Shown here piece by piece: positions 36,502 to 49,000 of a DNA stretch of 64,000 nt. Under the pieces are notes generated by a model, which saw nothing but the letters and a program-made list of their open reading frames with translations, was not told where the DNA came from and ran no database searches. How positions within the stretch are numbered: the stretch's first letter is position 1; every line of letters begins with the position of its first letter. A program made the position numbers and the translations under genes. The stretch covers positions 1-64,000 of the forward strand of contig VJWM01000117.1 of assembly GCA_010909165.1 (NCBI GenBank), written 5' to 3'. Origin of the DNA: Anthoceros angustus. Taxonomy: Eukaryota > Plantae > Anthocerotophyta.

Positions 36502-38698
36502 TGTGGAACGCCAAATTTTGGGTCCACTTGGAAGAGGGGCGATGCCTCTTAGTTTTGTTCATATTAGTTAGGTTTTATTTTTCTTTTTTCTTTTCTCACC
36601 AATGTAACACGGAAGACAAAGAACAAGGAGTGGCAAGTGGAGAAGCAAGCGGACAGATTTATACGACGGACGATGAAAGGAGGAAAACAGATTCAAAACG
36701 GGTCCAACGGATGAAGGACGGAGGTCCACAGAGGTCCGGAAAGTTTACGCGAGAGGAAGGTTCAAGGCCGAACTCGCCAAGAAGGAGGGCGGTGCCGGCC
36801 TAGTGGCGGCGCCAGTCACGCCCCCGCCGACATGCACGGAGTAAAGTCCTTACTCCACCGGAAGACGCGCGAGAAGGGTCTTCGCGAAGTTGCGAGCGTG
36901 CAATTTCTGACTCCGAGCGAGCTTGAGGTGGTGCGCGATGGCTGACATGTGCCGAAAGGAGGAAGAGGCGCAACAAAGACCAAGGAGGGAGCGCATGCAT
37001 GCATATATAGAGAAATCGCCCTGGCGCCGGAGGAAGAAATCAGCCGCCCTTGGCCTTCTGGTTGAGGAATTCCAAACGTCATCAAGGGGAAAGGTCCTTG
37101 GCCTTCTGGACAGGGAAATTTCGTCCTGGCCTTTGGGGTGTGGAAAATCCTTCCTCACCCTATATATGTAAGTAGAGGGGAGGCCGAGGCCGCCAAGCCA
37201 AGAATGAAGAACTGAGGCCAAACTCAAGGAGCCGGAGGGAGGACAGCCACATGGAGTAAGGAGCGTGAGGAGCTCATGAAGCAAGCAACGGAGGTCAACT
37301 AACGGTGGAAGGAAGAGGTAGCCCACCGGAGGAAAATGATGCATCGATGTCGGGTCGTCAGAAGCAACGCCAGCTGATTATGCATGGCGCAAGGGATACC
37401 GAGGCATGGAAGAGAGATGCCGAGAATGTCACTTTACGCCTGCTTGAGTGAGGTGACGCTGAGAGGGATGCGCTATGGTAAGATAGCCTCGTGAGAGTGG
37501 CCCGAGGAATTTGATGAGATTTGTTTGAAGGGCCGTGAGATGCAGTCCACTTACATGCTAGGGTCAACAAGTTCGCCAAGGAGATGCCTTTGTTGACAAG
37601 GAAGTTGTTGGGTCCCCACGATGACGACAGGAGATTTTGGAAGAATTGCACCCTCAACTCGAGATTCTGTGACTTGGAGAGTGAAATGCGTAAGGCTCAA
37701 TGTGGGAGGAGCCAATGGAAGAGGAAGAGATTTCCAGCAGCCTAGAGTTGGTGGGGTGTCTCACAGATGAGCCGCACCAACACCCAACCGCCTGAGGTAG
37801 CGGCTTGCACAGATACAGAGGAGGCTCTACAAGAGCGCCTGCAAGAGGGGCGCCCACCGCCTTATCAGCCAACATCGCCGAGACAGTGTGGAGGTTCCTC
37901 GACGACGAGTGAAGAGATCCTGACAGGGACAGCCCCCAAGCCAAGAGGAGGAAGACGGTGGTTGGGCGCCCGCCAACACCCAAGAAGAAGTAGGCAAATA
38001 GTTGGTAGGGGAGTGAATGGTCATTAAGACCCCTAGGGGTTAGTGGGATTGTTAGGAGGTAGGTTAAGAACCTTTAAGAGGCCACCTACTTAAAACCGTA
38101 AGCAACCCCACCTACCCCACTGTGACTTTAATTAATGTTAGTTTGGGGAGCTCCTATAAGAGGGGAGGAGCCCCATAATAAAATGTCATGCCTTGCTCTC
38201 CTGACCAGGTGGTGCTTGTCTTACACAAGCGCATGCCACCGTGTGAGGGTGCATGGTGTCTCAGGTCTTGAGGTCTGACTGTGGTGAGGGCGGGCCCAAA
38301 CCTTGCGGTTTTCCACTGCAGGTGGCCCTCCGTTTGGCTAGAGGTTCCCACCCACATATGCCAAGGCGGCATTATCTTCTTTTGCTTCGCTCACCGAGGC
38401 CAGATTCCGCAGCCTTCAAACATCCCTCTTGGAGAAGCAATATCGGCAGGCGCAGGTGGCCCTTCTTCGGGACTTGTGGAATGGGTTTTTTGCATCCGAA
38501 GACGCAAAGAGGCCACATTTACCCTCTATGTCGTTATAGTCCTAGGATTCGATCCCAAGGGAATGGTTTTGTGTCAAGGTGTTCTGAATCTATGGATTCT
38601 AGACCTACCCCATCGCTCACTACCCCACCTTATCCAGCTACCCTACCCAAACCCACCACCGTGGTAGACTCGGCCACCGCAGTGGCTGGTTCAGCCAC
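36502..38698 (+). mobile_element. 5' part of a large LTR, interrupted at 38699
   Basis: Starts tgtggaacgccaaattttggg (compare 10377, 11588, 26703). T-rich block and ggtcc repeats are laid out as in the 26703 LTR. Confidence 0.55.
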
Positions 38699-41600
38699 TG
38701 TGGCGGGTCCCACCACAGCGCGCCGCCTGTCGCGGGGGTCTATTTGTCACCGGCTTCTCTGGCGCAGACCTTGGGGGCTATGGACATACAAACACCTATA
38801 TACACCTCACTTCACTTCTAGGAATTTCCGCGATTCCACCGACACTTCCACTCCCTACGATTTTCCTCACACGCACTCACAATCCCTCACACAGACTCAT
38901 CTACCTTTCTGGACCTTCCTTCCTAATGAACTCTCTCCTCACGGGCCACACAGACGGGCCACCCCTCCTTGGCCACACAGACCCTCCTTGGCCACATGCT
39001 CCTCCACAGACCCTCCTTGGCCACACAGACCCTCTCATGGAATAAAACACTGGTGGCGAGCTGGGAAAGAGGATCGGAAAGAAAACCCCGCCGCTTGGCG
39101 ATCCGCCCAGCCCCCGCCTTCCGCGCAATTCCTACCTCTTTTCCGGCCACCACTCACCCCCCGTGGAGCTTGGCCACTCCGCCTCGACCATCCAGGATCT
39201 TCCCGGCCTTCTTGTGACGAGAAGGTGCATCGAACGCCGATCGACGCTCCAACCAACCTCGCATAGCTTCAACACAAGTTCACACAAATTGTCTGCTAAG
39301 AGAGACTCTCAAGGGTCTCTTATACATTCACCGTGGATTTCCTGCCTCACTCCTACCGGTGTCTAGAAAATATGGCCCACTACCACGAGCGCCCTACCAA
39401 TCTGTGAACTACACACCGGGTCCTCAAAACATCCTATCCCCTACCCCAAAAGAAGCCTCGGCCTATGATGTCGCTCCCCTAAAATGCGTCTGCTGTTGCT
39501 TAGCCTCGCCGGTGGGGTTCCTGCGCCTCCCGCCACGCCCGATCCGAGCGATTCTCCCCAAAACCTCCACCTCGCCACGCTGCAGCTTTCTGCCTTCCCA
39601 TGGGCGTCGTGGCCTATAGGCCCTATGCCTGTATTCCGCCTCCTCATCGGACAGCCACACTGTGCTCCTCCCTCCACGCCTGCCTCCGCCGCCATTTCCT
39701 CGATCACCACTTGGGGGTAGGCCCGCCTCCCTGCTCGGAAGAACCATCGTAAACGCCTGTGGCGTCAAGATGTGCCCAATAGTTTCTCGCCTCCCGCCCC
39801 AACAACCACATACACATTTAGAGTGAGCACCCGCACCATGCGTGGCTGTGGACATGAGCATCCTCATCCGACGCAGAGACAATACGCCTTCGCCAGAGGT
39901 TCTTACCTCTCCTCGTGGACAATCCCCGAGGGGCGAATCCTGGGGATCGATCCCCACTGCAGCTCCTTGGGTGACTTCCCCACCTCGGTTCCTCCTTCCG
40001 CGACGGTGGCGGTTTAGCCACCGTGGTGGTAGTTTCCCACGGTGGCTTGCCATCGCTGCTGTGGCTCGCCTCTTCTGGTTTGGCCACCTCTCTTGACTCG
40101 GCCCTAGCTTCATCTCTCTCGCTATATCTCTCCGCCTTCTTGAATTTCTCCAGAGGCGCCATTGTTTCCATTGTTCTCGGCTCATGAGACCTCATCTTGA
40201 AGCTCGATTGTGGCATGCGCCTTGACTGATTCACTAAGGCCTCCTGCTGGGTGGACATGGCCTTAGCCGCCCCGTGCCTTGCATAGGGCCGCCTGCATTC
40301 TGCCTCAAGGCCCTCCACCTTGTTCTCGCCTTCCGGCTCTCCAACTTCTCCTTGAGCAACTTTTCCTGCTGGCCTGCACACTTGAGAGCCATGGCGCTGG
40401 TCGAGGAGATCCGCCTGCCTCGAGCCATGGTCAAGTCGTGGCCTCGCAGATTCGAATTGGGCTGCCCTGTGCCCATTCCTTCCACAACTCTCGTGACGCG
40501 TCAGCCTCCACTTCACGTCGAAATGTCGCCAAAATGTTCCGAGCTGTCATGGACTTGGCTATCAAACTAACCCCTCTTCTTCTAGGGGTTGGTTTGCCAC
40601 AACTTCCTCATCCGCCCAATCTCTCCTAGCGGCGACTCCTCCCCGCACTGAGAGGCACAACTTGTCGCTTCCTTTATTTTCTCCTCCTTCACTGCCTCGC
40701 CGATTTCGACCGTGACCCTAGGTGTGCTGGGTTCCTCTTCGCCGCCGCCCTTCCCTTCTTCGCCGACCCCTGCTCACTGCCGCCGCCTCCGCTTCTTGCC
40801 CTTGGAAACCTCCCCACCTTCATCCGAATCTTCTAGGGAGGCGATTCCCAACCCGGAATCCTTCCTAATCTTCCTTACACTCCTCCTCCTCTACCTTGAG
40901 TTCCCCGGTTTCCCATATGAAGGCGCATAGCCTTCCAACTGCTAGACACCCTAATGCGCGAACACATGAATTAGAAAAGGTGAAATCAAGGAGGGCCGAG
41001 GAAGGGAGAGCAAATTCGCCTCTCCTCTGTGCTCTTTCAAAGATCATCCGCCCCCAATCGATTTGTGTACCTTTAACCACCTCATGAAGAAAGACCGTGA
41101 AGTGGTCCGCCATATGATCCAACTTCCGATTCTCGAGAAACACAAAATCCACTTGGCTAATCCCACCACCGGCAGACACGAGTTGGCGAGTCACCCATCC
41201 ATTGTTCACTCACTTCTCCAGGCTTCATGAGCGCGCAGCAGCCTCGTGGTCTTTCTCCGGGGTCAATTACCAAGCTTCCATCCTCCGATGCTTCTCGATA
41301 CCGCTCGAAAGAGTCCCAAATCCCGCTTGGCCTCTTCCTCGGCCTCCCTTGCAACTTGGTTCTCAATTGCCGGGCGACTCTTGCACCAAATGTAACACCA
41401 TTTCTTCTCCATAAATTCCAGACCCAGCTCCCCGACCAGCGCCTCACCTTCCAAAGGGTCCATGTTGGGCCACCGCATGGTGGAATTTCCACCGGGCGCC
41501 ATCTCCTTTCTCCTTGTTTCTTCGAAAAGAACCCACCCTCCGCAAACGCTGGTCGGGGGACACCACCCTCGCCTCCTCCACTCGCCTTTACCGGCGCTCT

Positions 41601-42158
41601 TGCCTCCTTCCTCCTCCTCGCTACGCCACTGGTTTCCTTCCTCCGCCACCTGTCACTGACCGACGCTACCCGCATAAACAGACTCCCCAGAGCTATGCGC
41701 GCCAGCTTGCTGCAGCCCGCCTCCGACGCCTGCGTCGCGACTCGGTGCCGGGTGTGTGTCCGCCTTCGCGCCCGACTGTCTCGCGCCCCGCCTCGCCACT
41801 AGGGTTGTAAACTCCTCGTCTCAGACGCCTTCTTCGCCACCGTGGTGGAACTGGCTACCTCCCCGCTTGACTGCGCAACTGTGGCAAGATGTAGGCACCC
41901 CTAACATATATAGACACTTTCTTATTTCTAAAATCACCAAAACCCAAGGACTCTATCTCCGACCTACCTATCCGGGGTCGAAAAACCTAAGGTTCAAAAA
42001 AAGAAAATTATTATCCCAAGGGCCAAGGACCATTCTCGTATAAAAGACCTTACCCAGGCGATTCTCAAAGCACTTTGCTATACAAACACTCCCAAAACAA
42101 AAAAAATCGTTCATCCCGACACTTCAGAGAGGGGTTAGTGTATATGTGGTCTTCCACA
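38699..42158 (-). repeat. 3' LTR (~3460 bp) containing an ORF
   Basis: Begins TGTGG directly after the PPT (42158). Best end is ...gacccgCCACA at 38699. TATA-like gtataagag at ~39318-39326. Confidence 0.7.
39400..41502 (-). pseudogene. LTR-encoded protein of unknown function (frameshifted)
   Basis: MAPGGNSTMRW...NNGWVTR...FLHEVVKGTQIDWGRMIFE, followed by charged, coiled-coil-like segments. Upstream TATA (ctatatat) near 41905. Confidence 0.65.
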
Positions 42159-42193
42159 TACTCCCCTTCTCATTTGTTGGCGTCCTCGCCAAC
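42159..42193 (-). promoter_or_regulatory. Hairpin plus polypurine tract directly after the pol stop codon
   Basis: gttggcg-agga-cgccaac, then atgagaaggggagta-TGTGG; nearly identical to 28587-28624. Confidence 0.88.
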
Positions 42194-42852
42194 TTATTGG
42201 TAATACTTTTTAACTCGCCAACCGTTGACTCTAGTTGGCAGGGGCGATCCATTCAATCGCTGGATAGATCCGTTGTCGAAAACCTCCAAGACTTTGTAGG
42301 GTCCCATCCACCTTAGATGTAACTTACCTGGAAAATGCATGTATCGGTTATCATACAATAGAGCCAGGTCCCCAGGAACAACATACTCTTGGCGCTTCAG
42401 TCGCTTATCATGCCATTCCTTCCTTCTGAACATCCGCATAACTTGTAGTGCTGCTCTCTCCGTGTGTCTTATTTAATCCAACCAACCTCCAATTGGCTTT
42501 CCTCCACCGGCATTCGACTTGTTTCTCGTACTCTGAGGGTGGGTACTTCGAACTCTATTGGCATGACGGGTGAGTGTCCATATGTAAGGTAATACGGGGT
42601 CCGCTGTCACCTTCACAGCGATGCCCAAAGTGCCGAATGCGCTATATCCCATATACGATAACCTGCGGAGTGGCTTAATCTTGCACAACAAGCCGCTTGC
42701 CTTTCTCACTTTCTACCCATTGGCCTTTGGGTTGTAGGGGAGTGGTCTTCCTGATCAACGTTGAAGTGACCTGGTCATATTAGAGACACTCCGATTGACT
42801 TAAAATGCGCACTTCATCATGACAGCAATGGCAGCTATATCTAGTGATGATT
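42194..42852 (-). pseudogene. pol: Integrase C-terminal part (GPY/F motif)
   Basis: PGDLALLYDNRYMHFPGKLHLRWMGPYKVLEVFDNGSI...RVNGWRVKKY; IITRY at the junction. Confidence 0.92.
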
Positions 42853-43037
42853 TGTGGACTACGGACTTCCCTGGGTTAAGAACAACTAGGTTTTGTTTCT
42901 TTCTGTGAGGAGTTGAGATAAAACAGGCTAAAAAGGGGGGAATAAGTACCTGATAGCACTGAGGGTGGTAAGACGTACCCGGACCTACTATGGCAGGCGC
43001 TGGCCACGCTGGGTAAACGGATAAGTCCGGACCCACC

Positions 43038-46000
43038 TGATGAAATAGGTCTAGATTAGGCACTATTCATTAGGGCCTCATAACTTAAAACATTATTATT
43101 TAGGGTTATTTAGGTAGTTAGTAGTTATATTAGTTATATTGGTTACAACAACTTACTTGCAACTACTTATGGTTGCAACCATTTATGGTTGTAACCACCC
43201 AACTACCCAGCTATTTAAAGGCTTGTACTTTACTCATTAAACACTTACATTGTTTCTTCTTCTTCTAATCTAAGAGCTCTGATTCTCATCATGGTATCGA
43301 GCATCGTTGCTCTCTGCATGCTTATGTTTCTTATATATGAGGAGATTATTTACAAGGCACTCTTAAATCTAGCCGTCTAGATGGAGTGCTATTGTTCTAC
43401 ATTCTCTATTTCACCAATTCTTCATCTCTTCCTTTAACATGCTTATATGTTTCAATCTTCTATAATTTCTCCATGGACTTCAATTCTATTAGAAGGAGAA
43501 AAGGGTTAAAAGGAAAGAGAATCTCATTAGGCAACAAGCTATTGAGAGTGAAATAGAACAAATCTCTTCATCTATATTTCATTGCATCAATTTTATTTCC
43601 AAAACCGGATCAAGGGAAGCTTATCAAGTTATCAAGATGTCATTTACTTGAATACTTCAGCCCTATTCATATTAAAGCTTTGGAATTGGCCCTTAACCAT
43701 ATTCCAAATTTAATAATTGGATTAAGTTCTTCCACTCTGTTTTGACAAATAAAAATAGAATTCAAACTCCATCTCTTCATGATTTTTATAATCAATTTTC
43801 ATCTCTTAAAATTCGGTCTCTAATCTTCAAACGAATTATTTGATTTGAAATCAAAATTTTCTTTGTTTTCTGAGTTTAATACTAATCAAGGATTAGAGAG
43901 TATGTCATCATCTCTCGAAACAGCGATGGATGAATTCTATATGTGCAATAAAATTGAGCATAAGCCTTACATCAGCCTTTGTCCTTTAAGGACGATTAGC
44001 TATGGCGGAGTGATTGAAGAAGAATTTGAAGCTACCCAAAACTCGCCTATGGGTAATGATAATGTCCATCCTCCCACACATTATCATTTTGGTGATGGTT
44101 TCAAAGAGAAAGATAGATTCAACGGAAAGATTATGATATTTGGGCATTACATGCGAGGAGGAGCATTGAGACAAAGAGCATTATGGGGTATTGTTGATGG
44201 ATCCATAACGAGACCGAGGTCCGATGATGAACGAGAACTTGATTTCGGGACGCCGAGGATGAGAAGGCACAAGATTTATTAATAAGTGGACTCTCTCAAC
44301 AAATGGTCGTGCATGTTGCACAAAAACATCTCATGAAATGTGGTCTCACCTTACTCAATTATATTCATCACAAGATGTAATGAGCATTGTGGCGACTTCT
44401 CGTAACTTTCGTAATTTATTTATGAAAGAATCCGATACTATCGAACATCATATTAATGCTTTTAGACAAGCACGTTCCCAAGTTGAATGCAATCGTGTAC
44501 CTATATCGAGATGGAAGCTTATGTCACCCTTCTATCTTCATTGCCTCCCTCCTATCGTCCATTCATCACTACTCAAACGCAGCTTATTCGCAATTCACGG
44601 AGAACCGCAGATGATGGCACAAAGGGGTTTGACATAAGTGTTTACGATCGGAGCACTTCTCCGTGGAGGAGGCAAGTAGGCGCCATTCTCACTCCAGGCC
44701 TAATAAACAACAAGTAATGTACTTGCAGAGGGGTAGAGGAAGAGGACGAGGCGAGGCCGAGGTTACTCTTCCCAACGCCCCATATTCTTCGCCAAGTACG
44801 AACATTGGAGAAAGCTCTTCATCGACACCTTCAAAGGGTAAGAAGAAGAGCGGCATTATATGCAATTGGTGTAGGATCCCTAACCATATGGAAAAGGATT
44901 GTCACAAAGAAGAATGGTGAACCTCGCAAGGAGGCTTCACATGGAGTTAATGTAGCATCTAAAAAGCAAACTTCATCAACTCCAGGTTGCTCACCGTATG
45001 TTTGGCATCATCCAAGCTCGCTAATACCTCGGTATTTAGACGGAGCAACATCACATATATGTTACAACAAAAGTTATTTTCAATCATACTCACCAACCAT
45101 GTGGCACCAAGTCGTCCTCTTGGGAGATGATCACAACCTCGCCTATCGGTACTCGGTTCACATATCGACATGTGATTCTCGGACAAGTCCTTCACCTCCA
45201 CCAAGTACTCCATGTTCCATTAATGTGCAAGAATTTATTATCGATTGCAAGTATTTGTCAAACCCATTCCATGTGTGACCCTTTTACAGATAGCTTTCTC
45301 TCTCATGTAGGTGATAGCAATCATATTATTTGTAGTGGTACTTTAGAAGATGGCCTTTATAGATTGTCATCCTAGTAGGAGGTCAACAATGCTTATGTCA
45401 CCAGTTCTTCTCCCCAAAGTCCCCTCCATCAATGTTATGGCATTGTCGCCTTGGTCACCCAAATAGTCAAAAACTCACCCGGATGTCTAAGGAAACTTTT
45501 ACGAAACCCATGTCTTGCAAATGTTGGGCATTTATCACAGCGAAACTTGTGTCCTCACAAAGCGTCACCAAGAGCCTTTTAAAACAAATCTCCACAAAGG
45601 GCAAAGAAACCTTTAGAGATAGTGCATCCGTGGACCTCTATCTACATCTTCTTTAGTGGAAGTAGGTATTTTTGACTTTTATAGATGATTTTTCCGTTTG
45701 TCTCCTCCTATGTCTTGCAACACAAGTCCGATGCTTTTCAATTTTTCAAAGATTATATGAAATGGGCAGAGAGACTTACAGATTGCAAACCAAAAACATG
45801 CTCGACAATGGAGGTGAATTTACATCTAATCGATTTGAGGAGTTTTGTCGAGCGAAGGTATTGCTCAACAACTCACGTTGTCTATACTCCTCAACAAAAT
45901 GGGATAGCGAAAATAAAAATCATGCATAAGAGATAACAGTTGCTTATTAACAGCTGTTGCCTAAGGTTTATTAATGAGGCCCTTCTTACCGCAACCTATC

Positions 46001-49000
46001 TTATCAATCGCTACCCACATCGCCAGACATGGCATGACGCCTTATGAAGCGCTTATTGGCAAGAAACCGTCCATTGATCATCTTCGTATTTTTGGATCAA
46101 GCATATGTTTTCATTCCTAAAGCATTACGTAAGAAGTTGGATCCCAAGGCAGCCAAGTATCTTTTCATAGGATATCAAGGCATTAAAGGGTATAAGTTAT
46201 ATAACCCTTCAACAAGACAACTTCTTTATGCTCGGAGTGTTACATTCCATGAGTCTTACCTCTTTTCTCAACAGGTGGGAGTTGAAGTCGTTGACTCCGA
46301 TGATGCTAATGATTTTTCTACATTTGATGATCCTAATCCCTTCCTTTCCTTGTCCCTACTCCTCGTGTTCCTTGTGACCCCATGCAGGAGGAGGAGGAGC
46401 CTCTTCCACCTTCATCCGATCCCCTTGAGGCCATTTCGGAAGATGCTATACCTCCTGCTCAAGATGATAATGATCGGTTGGAAGGCGATAATTGAAGAAA
46501 TGGATCCCTTAGAACAAGAAGATGAACCAGCCTGTGGAAGACACGCACCAAGGTACAACCTTAGATCACGTCCACTCATCTCGCCTGCTGGTTGGAAAGA
46601 ACCCCTTTGGGATACCTTGCTATTTTTCCCGATTCTAATTCTCCCGAGTCCCTTTATAATCAAGTGTACACAGCCCATGAGACTTAGAAGAGCCTCTTAC
46701 CCTAAAACAAGCCTTCTCTTCTCCTCCAAACATCTATGGAAGGAAGTCAGATTCGAGTATAATTCCCTCATTAGTAATTCTACATGGGAATTAGTTGAAC
46801 CTCCTAAGGGTAGAAAAATAGTAACCAGCAAATGGGTATTTAAGATAAAGAGAAAAGGAGATGGATCCGTGGAAAGGTATAAAGCACGCCTAGTTGCTAG
46901 AGGTTTTACCCAAATCGGACTAGACTATATACCTTGGGCCACTTATGCTCCGTAGCCAAGTTTGCCACTCTTAGCATGATCTTCGCTATATGTGCCCAAG
47001 ACGATCTTGAACTTCATATGATGGATGTGAAGACAGATATTTGTATGGGCGCTTGAAAGAAGAAATATACATGAAGCAACTGAGGGTTATGAAGTAAAAG
47101 GCAAGGAGCATTTAGTATGTAAATTGATCAAGGGTCTATATGGACTCAAGCAATCCGCAAAATTGGAACTTGACCATCCATATACAACTCTCGAATAAGG
47201 GATTTAAGCAAAGTAAAGGCGATGCTTGCTTATATATTTACCTTAAGGAAATGATATATTTTACCTTCTATTATACGTCGATGACGCCTTTATGGCAACA
47301 AACTCTCTTATTCTCCTGAGATAAAAGCATGGCTTGGACATTATATGAAATGACCGAGGAGAGAAATGAATTATGCACTTGGTGTAAATATTATCCGCGA
47401 TAGGAGTAATAAAAATGAGCATAGTTCAAACCAAGTATATAAAGGAGAGTTTAGCAAAATTTGGAATGGAAGATGCAAAGCACCCACACCTTTGCTAGTG
47501 GCATGCCGATATGAGTCCTAAGAGTGCTCAAGAGAAAATGGAGATGGCATCCGTCCCATATCGACATCTTGGGCACTCTCATATATTTAAGCAATTTTAC
47601 TAGACTGATATTTCTTTTGAAGTCGCCTCGCCACGCTTTTGGAGAACCACGACATCAACACTTTGGATGTCGATTTATTTTTCGATACCTTAAAGGGACT
47701 ATGCAAACAGGTGACATTTAAGCATACACCAGCAATCAAAACATTAACACTTACGGCATGCCGATGCCGATTATATTGGTGATCCGATACTAAAAATCCG
47801 TATCGTTATGTTTTACTTCTTGGAGGAGCTCCAATATCATGGTCGTAAGAAACACTACCATTGCCTTGTCTAGTCGAATCAATATAGAGTACTAACATCT
47901 ATTTCCAAGGATATAGTATGGTCTAGGCTAATTTTGAGTGAACTTAATCACCCTCAAGAAAACCCAACATCTCTTTTAGTGATAGTCGTATGCCATAGCA
48001 CTTGCTAGAAACCCTGCTTTTCCATTCCAACCAAACACATAGTGTTGAGTATCACTATATCGAGAGAAGTTGGAAGATAACACTATAGATATCACTTATA
48101 TACCAACACAAAACAATCCAAATGATTTGTTAACTAAGTCATTAGGGAGAGATTTGCATTTAAGACACATGAAAATGTTAGGTATTCAAGAGGTTTAAGT
48201 CACCTAGCTAGTATGTGTCAATGTATTTTCTATAGTCCACACATCTTGTCTAGCATAGAAATTTCCTCTCCTAACTCTATGTAGTCCTCACGCATCGCTT
48301 ATCCTCTCTTTCTAATACCGGAAGGATCCTACAATACACACCATGGGTTATAAAGTGAAAATGATGAAAAGATAGTACTTAAGTCGTTAGGTTACTTATA
48401 CAAGTGTTTGGTGTGTCCTTCATATTTTCACATGGGAAGCACTTAACCACATCATCTTAATCCTCTCTTTTCACATACATACTCCATGGGAACTTCATGG
48501 TCATCCTTTCCTCCGGAAGAACCAAGTAGGTTGCCTTGCATAAGAAGTTTCAAGTGTGGTAGGAACTAGGAATTTTCCTTTTGCACTTGCTCTCTCTTGA
48601 GTAGGTCGTAGAGGTAGGGCAAATCTCACATGGCTTGTGCCCACACTCTTATCTACACCGCAAAATAGATATTATTAGGAAAATGTTAGTTTAGTTTACG
48701 GTTTTTGGTATCATCTTTCCTACTCACTCCTTGGCTCTTCCGCTTGTCGCTATTACATCCTCTATGCCATTTACACAAGGATGTGATCTCCAGGCTACCC
48801 TCACAAATAGCTCCGAGGGTCTCTTCGGTTTTATAGAGTCCTCGACTCTTCCGAATCTTCATTCATTTTGAAGTCATCATATTCGGCCTCGGTGATGGCT
48901 TTATCGGATTATCTACATCCATATTTATTAGCATTTTATGCACTCAAAATTTTTATGCAATTTATTTTGCAATTTATTGACTTACCAAGAACTTTGACTT

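Noticed and set aside
38253-39266. 337-aa + strand ORF
   Set aside because: Low complexity, spans an inferred element junction and short repeats, and has no recognisable domain.
36502-42158. Single 5.7-kb LTR running TGTGG...CCACA
   Set aside because: 36502 resembles + strand LTR starts. A better minus-strand end at 38699 gives 3.46 kb, close to the size of the related solo LTR.
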